A stretch of 57,147 nucleotides of DNA. Origin: Elusimicrobiales bacterium. Lineage in GTDB: Bacteria; Elusimicrobiota; Elusimicrobia; Elusimicrobiales; UBA9959. Position numbers and translations under genes: made by a program. The notes beneath the pieces were generated by a model. That model saw nothing but the letters and a program-made list of their open reading frames with translations, made no database searches and was not told where the DNA came from. Position 1 is the stretch's first letter. Every line of letters begins with the position of its first letter. The stretch spans positions 1 through 57,147 of the forward strand of contig JAVHPG010000233.1 of NCBI GenBank assembly GCA_036170455.1, in the 5' to 3' direction. Positions 26,470-36,543 of this stretch are shown one piece after another.

Positions 26470-26587
26470 CAGGGATCCTGTTTCGCGCACCCTTTGCGGA
26501 TGGGGGGGCCCCGCCATAATTTCCAAAGGCGGGGGGAAACCGACGCAAGGGTTTCCATCTTCCAGGGTGCGCGGGGCAGGATCCCTG
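26470..26587. other. 118-bp imperfect palindrome / candidate structured RNA
   Basis: 23-nt arms 26470-26492 and 26565-26587 enclose two adjacent 7-bp hairpins (26509-26534, 26535-26556). Confidence 0.6.
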
Positions 26588-26603
26588 ACGGGCCCCGCTC
26601 CCC

Positions 26604-27005
26604 TTACTTCAGCGCTTTCAGGTAGGACTTGTAGAAAGCCTGCAGTTCGCTGTCGGCGTTCTGGAACTCGAGGACGTGCTTTTTGCAGCCGCGGCGCGAG
26701 CAGATCTGCACCTGGCCGCCGTCCTTCAGTTCGAAAGCTATCATCTGGGAGCCGCAGGCGTCGCACTTGCGGGTGCTCTTGAGGTCCGCCTTGCAGTGGG
26801 GGCAGCGGAAACCGGCCACTTTGCCTACGGGCATGCTCAGCTCGGTCTCGATGAGGTAGCTGCCGTAAAGGGAGCTCATGTAAAGCGGGGCGTGTTTGCC
26901 CGCATAGGTCAGGTTGACCTCGATGGAGGAGGCATTGTCCAGCTTCTTTTTGGAATTCATCAGCGATTTGTTGCAATGCGGACATTTAACGAGGACGCTT
27001 ACCAT
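26604..27005 (-). CDS. double zinc-ribbon hypothetical protein
   Basis: CPHC (x2), CDAC and C-x4-C motifs. GGAGG lies 6 nt upstream of the ATG. Confidence 0.65.
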   Translation of the reverse strand: MVSVLVKCPHCNKSLMNSKKKLDNASSIEVNLTYAGKHAPLYMSSLYGSYLIETELSMPVGKVAGFRCPHCKADLKSTRKCDACGSQMIAFELKDGGQVQICSRRGCKKHVLEFQNADSELQAFYKSYLKALK

Positions 27006-27093
27006 AGGGAACCTCCATGAAAACTAAGCTAAACGGTCAGGCGGCCGGCCCGCTGCTGCGGAAGCCGCTCAGATAATCGTATATATTACTAAA

Positions 27094-29043
<1,950 letters not shown>

Positions 29044-29091
29044 AATAAGACCGTTTTTCGCGAGGCCCGGCCGGGCAATTCCGCTGGTTCT

Positions 29092-30090
29092 TTAATTTCT
29101 GCCGCCCCTGCCCCCGCCGCCCATAGCCCTGCCGGCGCCCCTGGGCATATTCGGGCGGGTCGGCATCAGCGGGTTCTTGCCGGCGGAGTCCACCTGCGCC
29201 GTATATCTTTTTCTCTGGTAAAACACGGTCTCGCCTTCCTCAAGCCCCGAAGTTATCTCCACCAGGTCGCCCTCGTTCTGCCCGGTCTCAACCCTGGCGT
29301 AGACGGGCTGCCCCTCTTTCAGCTCTTTTATCACCGCTGTTTCGCCCTGCGGGTCGGTGGTGACGGCCATGGCCGGGACCAGGAGCACGCCTTTGCGCTC
29401 GGAAATGCTGATCTTGATATTGGCGGTCATCTGCGAGCGGAAGAAAGGGGGGACCCGGTCCGGCCGTATCTTTACTGTATAGGTAACAACGTTGCTCTTG
29501 GTGGTTCCCTCGTCCAGGATCTTGTAGACCGTGCCGCTTACTTTTTTATCCGGGTAGGCGTCCAGGACGACGGCGGCGCGCTGGCCCAGTTTCACGCGGC
29601 CTATATCCGATTCGTCCAGGCTGGCTGAAACCATCAGTTTGTCGGAAATGGCGAACAGGACGGTGCCTCCCCCCACGGTCTGGCCTTCGACCACATTTTT
29701 AAGGATCAGCGTGCCGCTTATCGGGGAGATGACCTTTATCGGCTTATAGGTTTCTTTCCACTGTTTATACTGGTCGTCGCCGGCGGCGCGCGCGGCGTCG
29801 AGGATGGCCACCCTGTCGGAAGAGCTCATCAGCGCGAGGACCTCGCCGGCGTTTATCGCGTCGCCTTCCTCCACGAGGATCTCTTCTACCCGGCCGGAGG
29901 CGGAGGGCTGGATCTCCACGCGGTTTTCCGGCGCCACGACGCCCGTAGTGTCCACTACCTCGGAAAGGTCTTTCAGCTCCGCCTGCACTTCGGTATATCT
30001 CGGGGCGCCGCCGGCGCTCGTTTTCTTATAGTAGTACCAGCCGCCGCCGGCCAGTGCCGCCACGACCAGGATGATGATTATTTTTTTCAT
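29092..30090 (-). CDS. macA: efflux periplasmic adaptor (HlyD/MacA family)
   Basis: Membrane anchor, lipoyl/barrel pattern, and position between tolC and macB. Confidence 0.82.
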   Translation of the reverse strand: MKKIIIILVVAALAGGGWYYYKKTSAGGAPRYTEVQAELKDLSEVVDTTGVVAPENRVEIQPSASGRVEEILVEEGDAINAGEVLALMSSSDRVAILDAARAAGDDQYKQWKETYKPIKVISPISGTLILKNVVEGQTVGGGTVLFAISDKLMVSASLDESDIGRVKLGQRAAVVLDAYPDKKVSGTVYKILDEGTTKSNVVTYTVKIRPDRVPPFFRSQMTANIKISISERKGVLLVPAMAVTTDPQGETAVIKELKEGQPVYARVETGQNEGDLVEITSGLEEGETVFYQRKRYTAQVDSAGKNPLMPTRPNMPRGAGRAMGGGGRGGRN

Positions 30091-30101
30091 ATTGTTCTGC
30101 C

Positions 30102-31406
30102 TTATTCCTCTATGCCGACGCCCAGCAGCTGCTCCAGGGCAAGCTTGCGGCTGTGAGCCGCGCGGGCGTAGTCCAGCTGGTTGAGGTCCGAGTCTACGAA
30201 ATTCTGCTCCACGTTCTCCAGGTCTATGAAGCTTATCTTGCCGGCCATATATTTGATCTGGCCCTCCTTGAAGCGCTCCTCGTTGGCCCTCAGCAGCGAG
30301 ACGTTCGCCTGCGCCGTTTCGGCGGCGCTCAAATAATCGTCGTAGCCGGAGCGCAGCGAGGAGGCCAGGGAGATCCTTTTCGCCCTGAAGTTCTCTTCAG
30401 CGGCGGCCAGGGACCTTTTCGCCGACGCCAGATTGTTCACATAGGCGGTGGGGCCGCCGGAGAAAACGGGGATGCTCAGGCTGAGCCCGAGTCTCCAGCT
30501 CGGGTCCTTGGGAAATTCGGTGTCGCCGCTCCAGCTGTAGCCCTGGCTGGCTGTAAGCGTGGGGTAGGCTGAATAGCGTGCGGATTCATTCTTCTCTTTC
30601 GCGGATTCCAGCGTCTTTTTGGCTGAAACTATCCCCGGGGATCGCTCCAGAGCCAGCGCCAGGCGGGCCTCGTCCGGCTTAAAAGCCGGGACGCTGATAT
30701 CGCCGTTCGCCTTTACCTGGATGTTTCCCTCCAGGCCAATGGCTTCGAGAAGCGCGCGCTGGGCGATGACCACCTGGCGCTCCGCTTTTTTAACGGAAAC
30801 CCCGGAATTCTCGGCCAGGGCCTCTGTATAAAGCGCATTGCCGTTCGATTCCATGCCGCTCTCGTACTTCAGCCTGATAAGCTTTGCGTTCTCTACCCTT
30901 ATGGAGAGGATCTTCTTCTGTACTTCTATCCTTTTCTGGGCGAAGAGCAGGTCGGCGAAAGCGGCGGCGAGGGTTTGCCTGGCTGAAGCCGAAACAGACC
31001 GGTAGTCCGATTCCGCCTTTTCTTTATTTATGCGGCTGGTTTTAACCGCGGAGGCCGCTTTAAGGTTCAGCAGGTTCTCTGAAACGGAAACCCCGGCGCT
31101 CCAGCTGTAGCTGCCGGGAGGGGAGTCCGGAACGCCCGACCTGGAGACGGAGTGGGACAGGCCGATATTGGAGATATAGTAATTAAGCCCGGCCCCGGCC
31201 AGGTAGTCGTAGCCGGCCTGCTCCATGGAGGCGCGGGCGGCCTTGACCGAGGGATTATTGGCCATGGCCAGCCGCCTGGCCGCGTCCCAGTCGAGGCTGA
31301 GCTGCTGCTGCGCGGCCGCCCGCCCGGTCAGAAGCGCGACCAGGGGCAGCATGAGGAGGAGAGCGAAGCGGTACAATTTAAGATCGGTTTTTTTAATGAT
31401 AGTCAT
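30102..31406 (-). CDS. tolC: TolC-family outer membrane efflux protein
   Basis: Signal peptide and two repeated coiled-coil/beta halves. First gene of the efflux operon. Confidence 0.82.
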   Translation of the reverse strand: MTIIKKTDLKLYRFALLLMLPLVALLTGRAAAQQQLSLDWDAARRLAMANNPSVKAARASMEQAGYDYLAGAGLNYYISNIGLSHSVSRSGVPDSPPGSYSWSAGVSVSENLLNLKAASAVKTSRINKEKAESDYRSVSASARQTLAAAFADLLFAQKRIEVQKKILSIRVENAKLIRLKYESGMESNGNALYTEALAENSGVSVKKAERQVVIAQRALLEAIGLEGNIQVKANGDISVPAFKPDEARLALALERSPGIVSAKKTLESAKEKNESARYSAYPTLTASQGYSWSGDTEFPKDPSWRLGLSLSIPVFSGGPTAYVNNLASAKRSLAAAEENFRAKRISLASSLRSGYDDYLSAAETAQANVSLLRANEERFKEGQIKYMAGKISFIDLENVEQNFVDSDLNQLDYARAAHSRKLALEQLLGVGIEE

Positions 31407-31465
31407 ATGATAGTTAAAAATGCCGCTTAAGTATAACGGCCGGGCGGCTGTTTTATTGCAATTAT

Positions 31466-31481
31466 TTTACCGGCCGGTAAA
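31466..31481. promoter_or_regulatory. perfect 16-bp palindrome TTTACCGGCCGGTAAA
   Basis: Direct reading. Lies in an AT-rich context 60 nt upstream of the tolC start. Confidence 0.45.
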
Positions 31482-31725
31482 TAAAATATCAGATTAGTGC
31501 TCTTTGCCGCAAATGTTCCGGAACCAGGGGCAAAAAACAAACGGGACTTCAGCCTAAAGAGCGTATCGTGAAGTGGCTGCGCTCATGCCGCGCCGGGAAG
31601 AGAGGCTTCCGTCGGACAGCCCGGGCGTTTAAGTGTTTTCAGCGCCGCCGGCGGGATAAGTACCGGAGATCTTTGCTTTATCCGCTCCGGCTAGAGGAGA
31701 AACCAAAAGCGTCGGCCCGTGGATT

Positions 31726-31753
31726 TTGCACAGGTTCCTTTATTGGATATAAT
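31726..31753 (+). promoter_or_regulatory. sigma70-type promoter
   Basis: TTGCAC (31726-31731), 16 nt, TATAAT (31748-31753). The ATG at 31769 is only 15 nt downstream and there is no SD. Confidence 0.5.
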
Positions 31754-31768
31754 TACTCCGGGTTCTAA

Positions 31769-32245
31769 ATGAACAATGCCGACTCCGTAAATAATAGCGA
31801 GAAACCGCTGGATGACCTTAAGGACTTCCTGACCGAGTACGTTAAGAAGGAAGAGGCCCGCCCCGCCCCGCCCCCTCCGCCTTCACCGGAACGACGCAGG
31901 CGCATTATAAAGACCGCGCAGATCTGCGTGCTGATAGCGGCGGCTCTGTGTCTTTGGCGCGCTGCCCCGGAACTGAGCGCCTCTTTTTCGGACCGGAAGC
32001 CGCTGCGGCACGGCACCTACGCCACAGACAAAGATACCGACAGCTGTATTAAAAATCTCTGGGCCCTGGGTTCCGGTACGGCGGAAGCGGCTTCAATCAC
32101 CTGCCCGGTCTCCGGATTGCCGTACCTGGCTGAGGGCGCGGGTTTCCGCTGCCCTTTTCCGGAACGTCATGCCCTGTACAGCCTTGCCTATGTGCAATGG
32201 CGCGGCGTCCTGGCCGTCCGGCCGGGAGAAGAGAGGAAGCGCTGA
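31769..32245 (+). CDS. single-pass membrane hypothetical protein
   Basis: 158 aa. Pro-rich segment, one TM helix (IIKTAQICVLIAAALCLW) and a Cys-containing C-terminal domain. The stop is 1 nt before the next ATG. Confidence 0.5.
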   Translation: MNNADSVNNSEKPLDDLKDFLTEYVKKEEARPAPPPPPSPERRRRIIKTAQICVLIAAALCLWRAAPELSASFSDRKPLRHGTYATDKDTDSCIKNLWALGSGTAEAASITCPVSGLPYLAEGAGFRCPFPERHALYSLAYVQWRGVLAVRPGEERKR

Positions 32246-32246
32246 T

Positions 32247-33143
32247 ATGAACTTTCAAACCAAGCTTCCGCGCTCCCGCCGCCGCCCTGCGTTTACTCTT
32301 TTGGAGATCATGTTTGTATTGGCAATTCTTTCCATCCTCGCGGCCGTAGCGGTGCCTAAATACCGCCTTTCCCTGGAACGGGCTAAAGTCGTGGAATGCC
32401 TGGCCACCCGGGTCTCCGCCGAACATGCCCAGCGGGTTTTTATGTCTCAGAACGATAATCAGATGGCCACAACGCGCGCTCTGGTTTCTGGCGGCTACCT
32501 GGACCGGTTTCCACGCTGTGTATCCGGAGGGGCGCTGGTCTGGATTTCCAGCTCTCCGGTGAAAATGGCCTGCAGCCTGCATGACGTATCCGTGCCGCAG
32601 TCAGGCGGCCCGGGCGGCGCGTCGGCCCCGGAATTCTTCACCGGCTTCTCCAGTCTATCCGGGATAAAAATACTTACCGGGAACTGGAAGATAAAGAGCG
32701 ACATGATCGTCACCTCCAGCAAGGGCGGCCGCGTCAACGAGCTTATAATCTCCACTGGGGCCTTCAAGGATTATTCTACGGAGGTGGTCGCCACCCTGAA
32801 CAGCGGGGGGATAGGTGTCTATTACCGGGCCACCATGGGGTCGGGCGATAAGATTTCCGGCTATAGTTTTCAGATGAATTCTGCCGGCAAACTGGAGTTG
32901 TGGACGCTGGGTAACGGGAACCTCACCAAGCTCTTATCCTCCTCGTCCATGCCAAGCGGATTCCCGGCGACCGGAGTGGCCCATACTATAACGGTTGACG
33001 CCGTCGGGGCGCTCTCAACTATCTACATAGACGGCGCACAGGTCATGCAGGTCACCGACTCCACTTTCTCCCAGGGAACCTCCGGTCTGCGGGAATGGAA
33101 GGGCTCTGCCGCTGTCGATTCAATAAGCATAAACACGCCTTGA
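32247..33143 (+). CDS. GspG-like pseudopilin fused to a LamG/concanavalin-like domain
   Basis: Starts at 32247, giving the leader MNFQTKLPRSRRRPA followed by FTLLEIMFVLAILSILAAVAVP. The C-terminal ~170 aa are beta-rich (GYSFQMNSAGKLELW...). The track ORF starts at 32169. Confidence 0.75.
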   Translation: MNFQTKLPRSRRRPAFTLLEIMFVLAILSILAAVAVPKYRLSLERAKVVECLATRVSAEHAQRVFMSQNDNQMATTRALVSGGYLDRFPRCVSGGALVWISSSPVKMACSLHDVSVPQSGGPGGASAPEFFTGFSSLSGIKILTGNWKIKSDMIVTSSKGGRVNELIISTGAFKDYSTEVVATLNSGGIGVYYRATMGSGDKISGYSFQMNSAGKLELWTLGNGNLTKLLSSSSMPSGFPATGVAHTITVDAVGALSTIYIDGAQVMQVTDSTFSQGTSGLREWKGSAAVDSISINTP

Positions 33144-33229
33144 ACCCGCTCTAAAAAGCGGGACACAGAGATATCTATCGGGAAGTAGCTTCATTAGGAA
33201 GCGGAAAAACCCGGCGGCAAGTAAGCCCC

Positions 33230-34384
33230 TTATTTCAGTTTTTCCTGGCCCTCGAAGCTGCGGTCCAGCCTGAAGCCGGCGAGGATTTCCTTGTCTTCCG
33301 GGGAAGGCTTGCCGGCGATATGCGCCGCTACGGCTTCGCCGAGGCCCGGCCCGAGCATGAAGCCCTGGCCGCACATGCCTACGGCCAGGACATAGCCTTT
33401 CAGCGCGGCCGGAAAATCAACCACGGGGAAACCGTCGGGGGTCATCGGGTATAGCCCGCGCCAGGTGCGCCGCACCTTTAAATTGGCCAGGTTCGGCATC
33501 AGCGAGATCATGCGGCGGGACACCTCCGGAAGGAATTCGGAGGTGGAGCGCCTGTCCTTGCCCCAGACCGGGGGCTGGGGGGTAAGGCAGAAGACGATGG
33601 GCCCTTCCGGGTTCTGGTAAAAATAGTAGTTCTTGGATTTGTCGCCGGGTCGGATATCCACCACCATGGGTTCAAAGAACCTTTCGGCGGGCTCGGTCAC
33701 CCCGGCTTCATGGCAGTCGGGCCTGACCGGGACTTTTATCCCGGCCAGTTCCGAAACGGCGGCGGCCTCCGCGCCGGCTGCGTTCACCACCCATTTAGCT
33801 TTATAGCGGCCCAGTTCGGTAACTACGCCTTTTATGGCGCCTTTTTCGGCGACTATCTCTTTTACCGTCTCTTTGAAATGGAAGACGGCGCCCAGTTTCA
33901 CGGCGTGTCGGTAGAAAGCGTTCACGCTTTGCAGGGGGGAGGCGGAGCCGTCGCCGGGGGCCCAGGTCCCGCCCCGCAGGTCCTTCTCCGCTATGCCCGG
34001 CACCAAGGCCCGGACTTTTTCAGGGCCGGCCCAGTCTATATCCAGGCCGAAGCCGCGCTGGACCTTAAGCAGGTCCCTCATGACCGCCTCGTCCCGCCCG
34101 GTATAAACCGGGAAAAGATAACCGCCCTTAACCCAGCCTATGTCGTCGCCGTGCTTTTCCTTCCAGGTGGAGAAGATCTTGAGGCTCCGCAGGCAGGTCT
34201 TTATCTTAGAGCCGTCGGAATGGGTGGCGCGGACGCCGCCTATCGCGCATTTATTCTGGCCCTGGCCAGGGGAAGCCTCCCTCTCCAGCACCAGCGTCTT
34301 AAGCCCGCGCTCCGCCAGCGCCATGGCCAGCGGCGTCCCGATGCTGCCGGCTCCGATAATTATCACATCGTAGTTTTTATCCAT
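33230..34384 (-). CDS. FAD-dependent oxidoreductase (DAO family, beta-subunit-like)
   Basis: N-terminal YDVIIIGAGSIGTPLAMALAERG dinucleotide motif. Confidence 0.85.
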   Translation of the reverse strand: MDKNYDVIIIGAGSIGTPLAMALAERGLKTLVLEREASPGQGQNKCAIGGVRATHSDGSKIKTCLRSLKIFSTWKEKHGDDIGWVKGGYLFPVYTGRDEAVMRDLLKVQRGFGLDIDWAGPEKVRALVPGIAEKDLRGGTWAPGDGSASPLQSVNAFYRHAVKLGAVFHFKETVKEIVAEKGAIKGVVTELGRYKAKWVVNAAGAEAAAVSELAGIKVPVRPDCHEAGVTEPAERFFEPMVVDIRPGDKSKNYYFYQNPEGPIVFCLTPQPPVWGKDRRSTSEFLPEVSRRMISLMPNLANLKVRRTWRGLYPMTPDGFPVVDFPAALKGYVLAVGMCGQGFMLGPGLGEAVAAHIAGKPSPEDKEILAGFRLDRSFEGQEKLK

Positions 34385-34385
34385 A

Positions 34386-36482
34386 TCAGAACCCGCCCCA
34401 ATCGGCTTTTTCTTCGGCTTCGCCCCGGCACTTGACGCCGGAGAAGACGCCCAGCGGCGCCTCCACGAACAGCGGCCTCTTCGTGAAGGCCGTGACCTCT
34501 TTCAGGTCCACGCCCTCGCTGCGGAAAATGTTCAGCAGCAGGGAGGAACAGGTCTTGGAACCGCAGGCGCCCATGCCGGCCCGGGTCAGCGCTTTAAGCT
34601 GGTTCAGGTCCCTCATACCGGAGCGGATGAGGCGGCGGATCTCGCCAAGGCTCACGCGCTCGCAGCGGCAGATTATCGCTTCATCTTCGGCCCTGGCCAG
34701 TTCGGCGGCGGCCTTCTTCCCTGCTTCGGCGGAATACAGCTTCAGGGAAACGGCGAGGTCCGCTGTTTCCGGGGAAGCTTTCACTATGACTATGAGCGTA
34801 TTCTCCGCCTTGAAGTCTTTTACATCGAGCACCTCTGCCTCGCCCAGGTCCGCGCCCTCACGGCCGGTCAGCCGCACTTTATCGCCCTTCTTCACCAGGC
34901 CGCGCCCGATCTCGAAAGGCAGCGCCACGGACGGATTTTTCGGATCCTTGCGATGGTCCACTATCGTTACGGCGAGCCCCGGGCAGATTAAGAGGCATTT
35001 GAAGCAGCCGATACAGTCACCGGAGAACTTCGGCGTGGTCATGATGCTGTCGCCGGAGAGCTTTATCGATTTCTTGGGGCAGACGGTGACGCAGGGATTG
35101 CAGGGGATCTCCTGGCGGCAGTGGAGCACCGGGTAGACAGGGTTCGGCGGCCTTTTTACTTGCGCGGCTTCCGTTGCTCCGGGCCTTGATTTGAGCACCT
35201 GCAGTCGGTCGAACCAGAACTGCGGCACGGGCCCGGACATGACGCCCAGGCCTTTGAGCACTTTATGGGCGGTGATCTTGCCGCTGAACATCGCGGCGGA
35301 GGCCTCGGCTATCTCCTCGGCGTCGCCGCAGACGAAAGCTTCCATGCCCGCCTCGCGGGCCTGGGCGTGGAACTCGTCCACCGAGTTTAGGCCCACGGCT
35401 ATCAGCAGGGTATCGGCCTTGAAAGTTTTTTCGGTGCCGGGCAGCGGGCAGAATTTCTCGTCCACCCCGGCGATAGTCACGGTCTCCAGCCCCTCCTTCC
35501 CTTCGGCGCGCAGGATGGTGTGGCGGGTGTAGATGGGTACGCCCAGCCGCTTTATTTTATCCTCGTGGACTTTATAGCCGCCGCAGCGGCCCTGCGCCTC
35601 GATAAGCCCTACCACTTGTATCCCGGCCTGCAGGGCGTGGTAGGCCGCTATCAGCCCGACATTCCCGCCGCCGACGATGAAGAGCCTTTCGGCGGGGCGT
35701 ACGAGGTCGCGGTTCACCAGCGTCTGGAAAGCGCCCGCGCCGTAGACGCCGGGCAGGGTATTGCCGGGGAAAGCCAGGCTTTTCTCCCGCGCGCCGGTGG
35801 CGCTTATCACGGCCTTCGGGCGCACCAAATAATATTTGTCCCCGCGCAGGACCCCGACCTTTTTATCCGAGAAAACCGCGAGGCAGCAGGCGTCGGTCCA
35901 GGCTTTAACGGACGGGTATTCTTTCAGCTGCGCCTCCAGCTTCTCCGCGATGTCGATGCCGCGCGTGCCGGCGTAGCAGTCCTCCACCGAGCCGAAAAAT
36001 TTATGGGTCTGCAGCACCAGCTTCCCGCCGAACCTGGCCTTGTCGTCTATGACCAGCGTTTTTACGTTGAGCTTCCCCAGCTCGGCCGCGGCGGCCAGGC
36101 CGGAGGGCCCGCCGCCTATTATCAGGGCGTCGAAGTCCAGCTCCTCCACGCGCCCGAATTCCTGGACGCAGGCGCTCTTCGGCAGCCTGGCCTCGCCGCG
36201 CAGGGTCTCGACTTTCAGACCTTCCCGCACCGGGGTCACGCAGGATTTAACGGTAAGCCCGTCGGCGATGACGGAGCACTGCGCGCACTGCCCGTTGGCG
36301 CAGAAGATGCCCTGGGGCGAAGAGTCTTTTTTGTGCCGGCTGAAGATCTTTATGCCGTTGGCGAAAAGGGCGCTGGAGATCATCTCGCCCTCAAGCCCGG
36401 AGCAGGGTTTTCCGTCAAAGGTGAAATTCAAAGTTTTGCGCTCTTCCGGCTGGAGTACGGGGTGCTCGGTTATTCTTTCCAT
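34386..36482 (-). CDS. multidomain Fe-S flavoprotein (2Fe-2S + FAD/NAD(P) + 4Fe-4S-like + BFD-like 2Fe-2S)
   Basis: CANGQCAQC...C; IIGGGPSGLAAA and IVGGGNVGL; CNPCVTVCP / CIGCFKCLLICP; CRCERV...CGSKTC. Confidence 0.85.
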   Translation of the reverse strand: MERITEHPVLQPEERKTLNFTFDGKPCSGLEGEMISSALFANGIKIFSRHKKDSSPQGIFCANGQCAQCSVIADGLTVKSCVTPVREGLKVETLRGEARLPKSACVQEFGRVEELDFDALIIGGGPSGLAAAAELGKLNVKTLVIDDKARFGGKLVLQTHKFFGSVEDCYAGTRGIDIAEKLEAQLKEYPSVKAWTDACCLAVFSDKKVGVLRGDKYYLVRPKAVISATGAREKSLAFPGNTLPGVYGAGAFQTLVNRDLVRPAERLFIVGGGNVGLIAAYHALQAGIQVVGLIEAQGRCGGYKVHEDKIKRLGVPIYTRHTILRAEGKEGLETVTIAGVDEKFCPLPGTEKTFKADTLLIAVGLNSVDEFHAQAREAGMEAFVCGDAEEIAEASAAMFSGKITAHKVLKGLGVMSGPVPQFWFDRLQVLKSRPGATEAAQVKRPPNPVYPVLHCRQEIPCNPCVTVCPKKSIKLSGDSIMTTPKFSGDCIGCFKCLLICPGLAVTIVDHRKDPKNPSVALPFEIGRGLVKKGDKVRLTGREGADLGEAEVLDVKDFKAENTLIVIVKASPETADLAVSLKLYSAEAGKKAAAELARAEDEAIICRCERVSLGEIRRLIRSGMRDLNQLKALTRAGMGACGSKTCSSLLLNIFRSEGVDLKEVTAFTKRPLFVEAPLGVFSGVKCRGEAEEKADWGGF

Positions 36483-36543
36483 ATTGTCCTTGCGCTGTCC
36501 TCGGCCGGCGGCGGCCGGCCTCTTGATTTATATACTACAATAA

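Noticed and set aside
26470-26587. Resemblance of GGAAACCGACGCAAGGG to the c-di-GMP-I (GEMM-I) riboswitch core
   Set aside because: The ACGCAA segment here is a hairpin loop, not the inter-helix junction. Other conserved GEMM-I positions are missing, and the similarity is on the strand opposite the flanking genes. I could not match any other riboswitch class from memory either. An Rfam scan is still needed.
25693-26625. 310-aa plus-strand ORF
   Set aside because: It is antisense to the membrane-anchored protein gene and has no recognisable features.
26446-26985. N-terminal 180 codons of the 439-aa track ORF 25666-26985
   Set aside because: This part overlaps the zinc-ribbon gene in another frame and crosses the structured intergenic element. 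The translation is Arg/Pro-rich nonsense. A sensible N-terminus (MPETEHKSFF plus a TM helix) begins at the ATG at 26445.
31568-31768. 66-aa highly basic ORF upstream of the pseudopilin operon
   Set aside because: It has a GTG start and an Arg/Lys-rich sequence without structure, and the predicted promoter of the next gene lies inside it. The underlying 240 bp remain unexplained (see the 31466 finding).
33144-33229. Short hairpin CCCGCT/AGCGGG between convergent pseudopilin and oxidoreductase genes as a terminator
   Set aside because: It has only a 6-bp stem and no U tract in either orientation. That is too weak to call.
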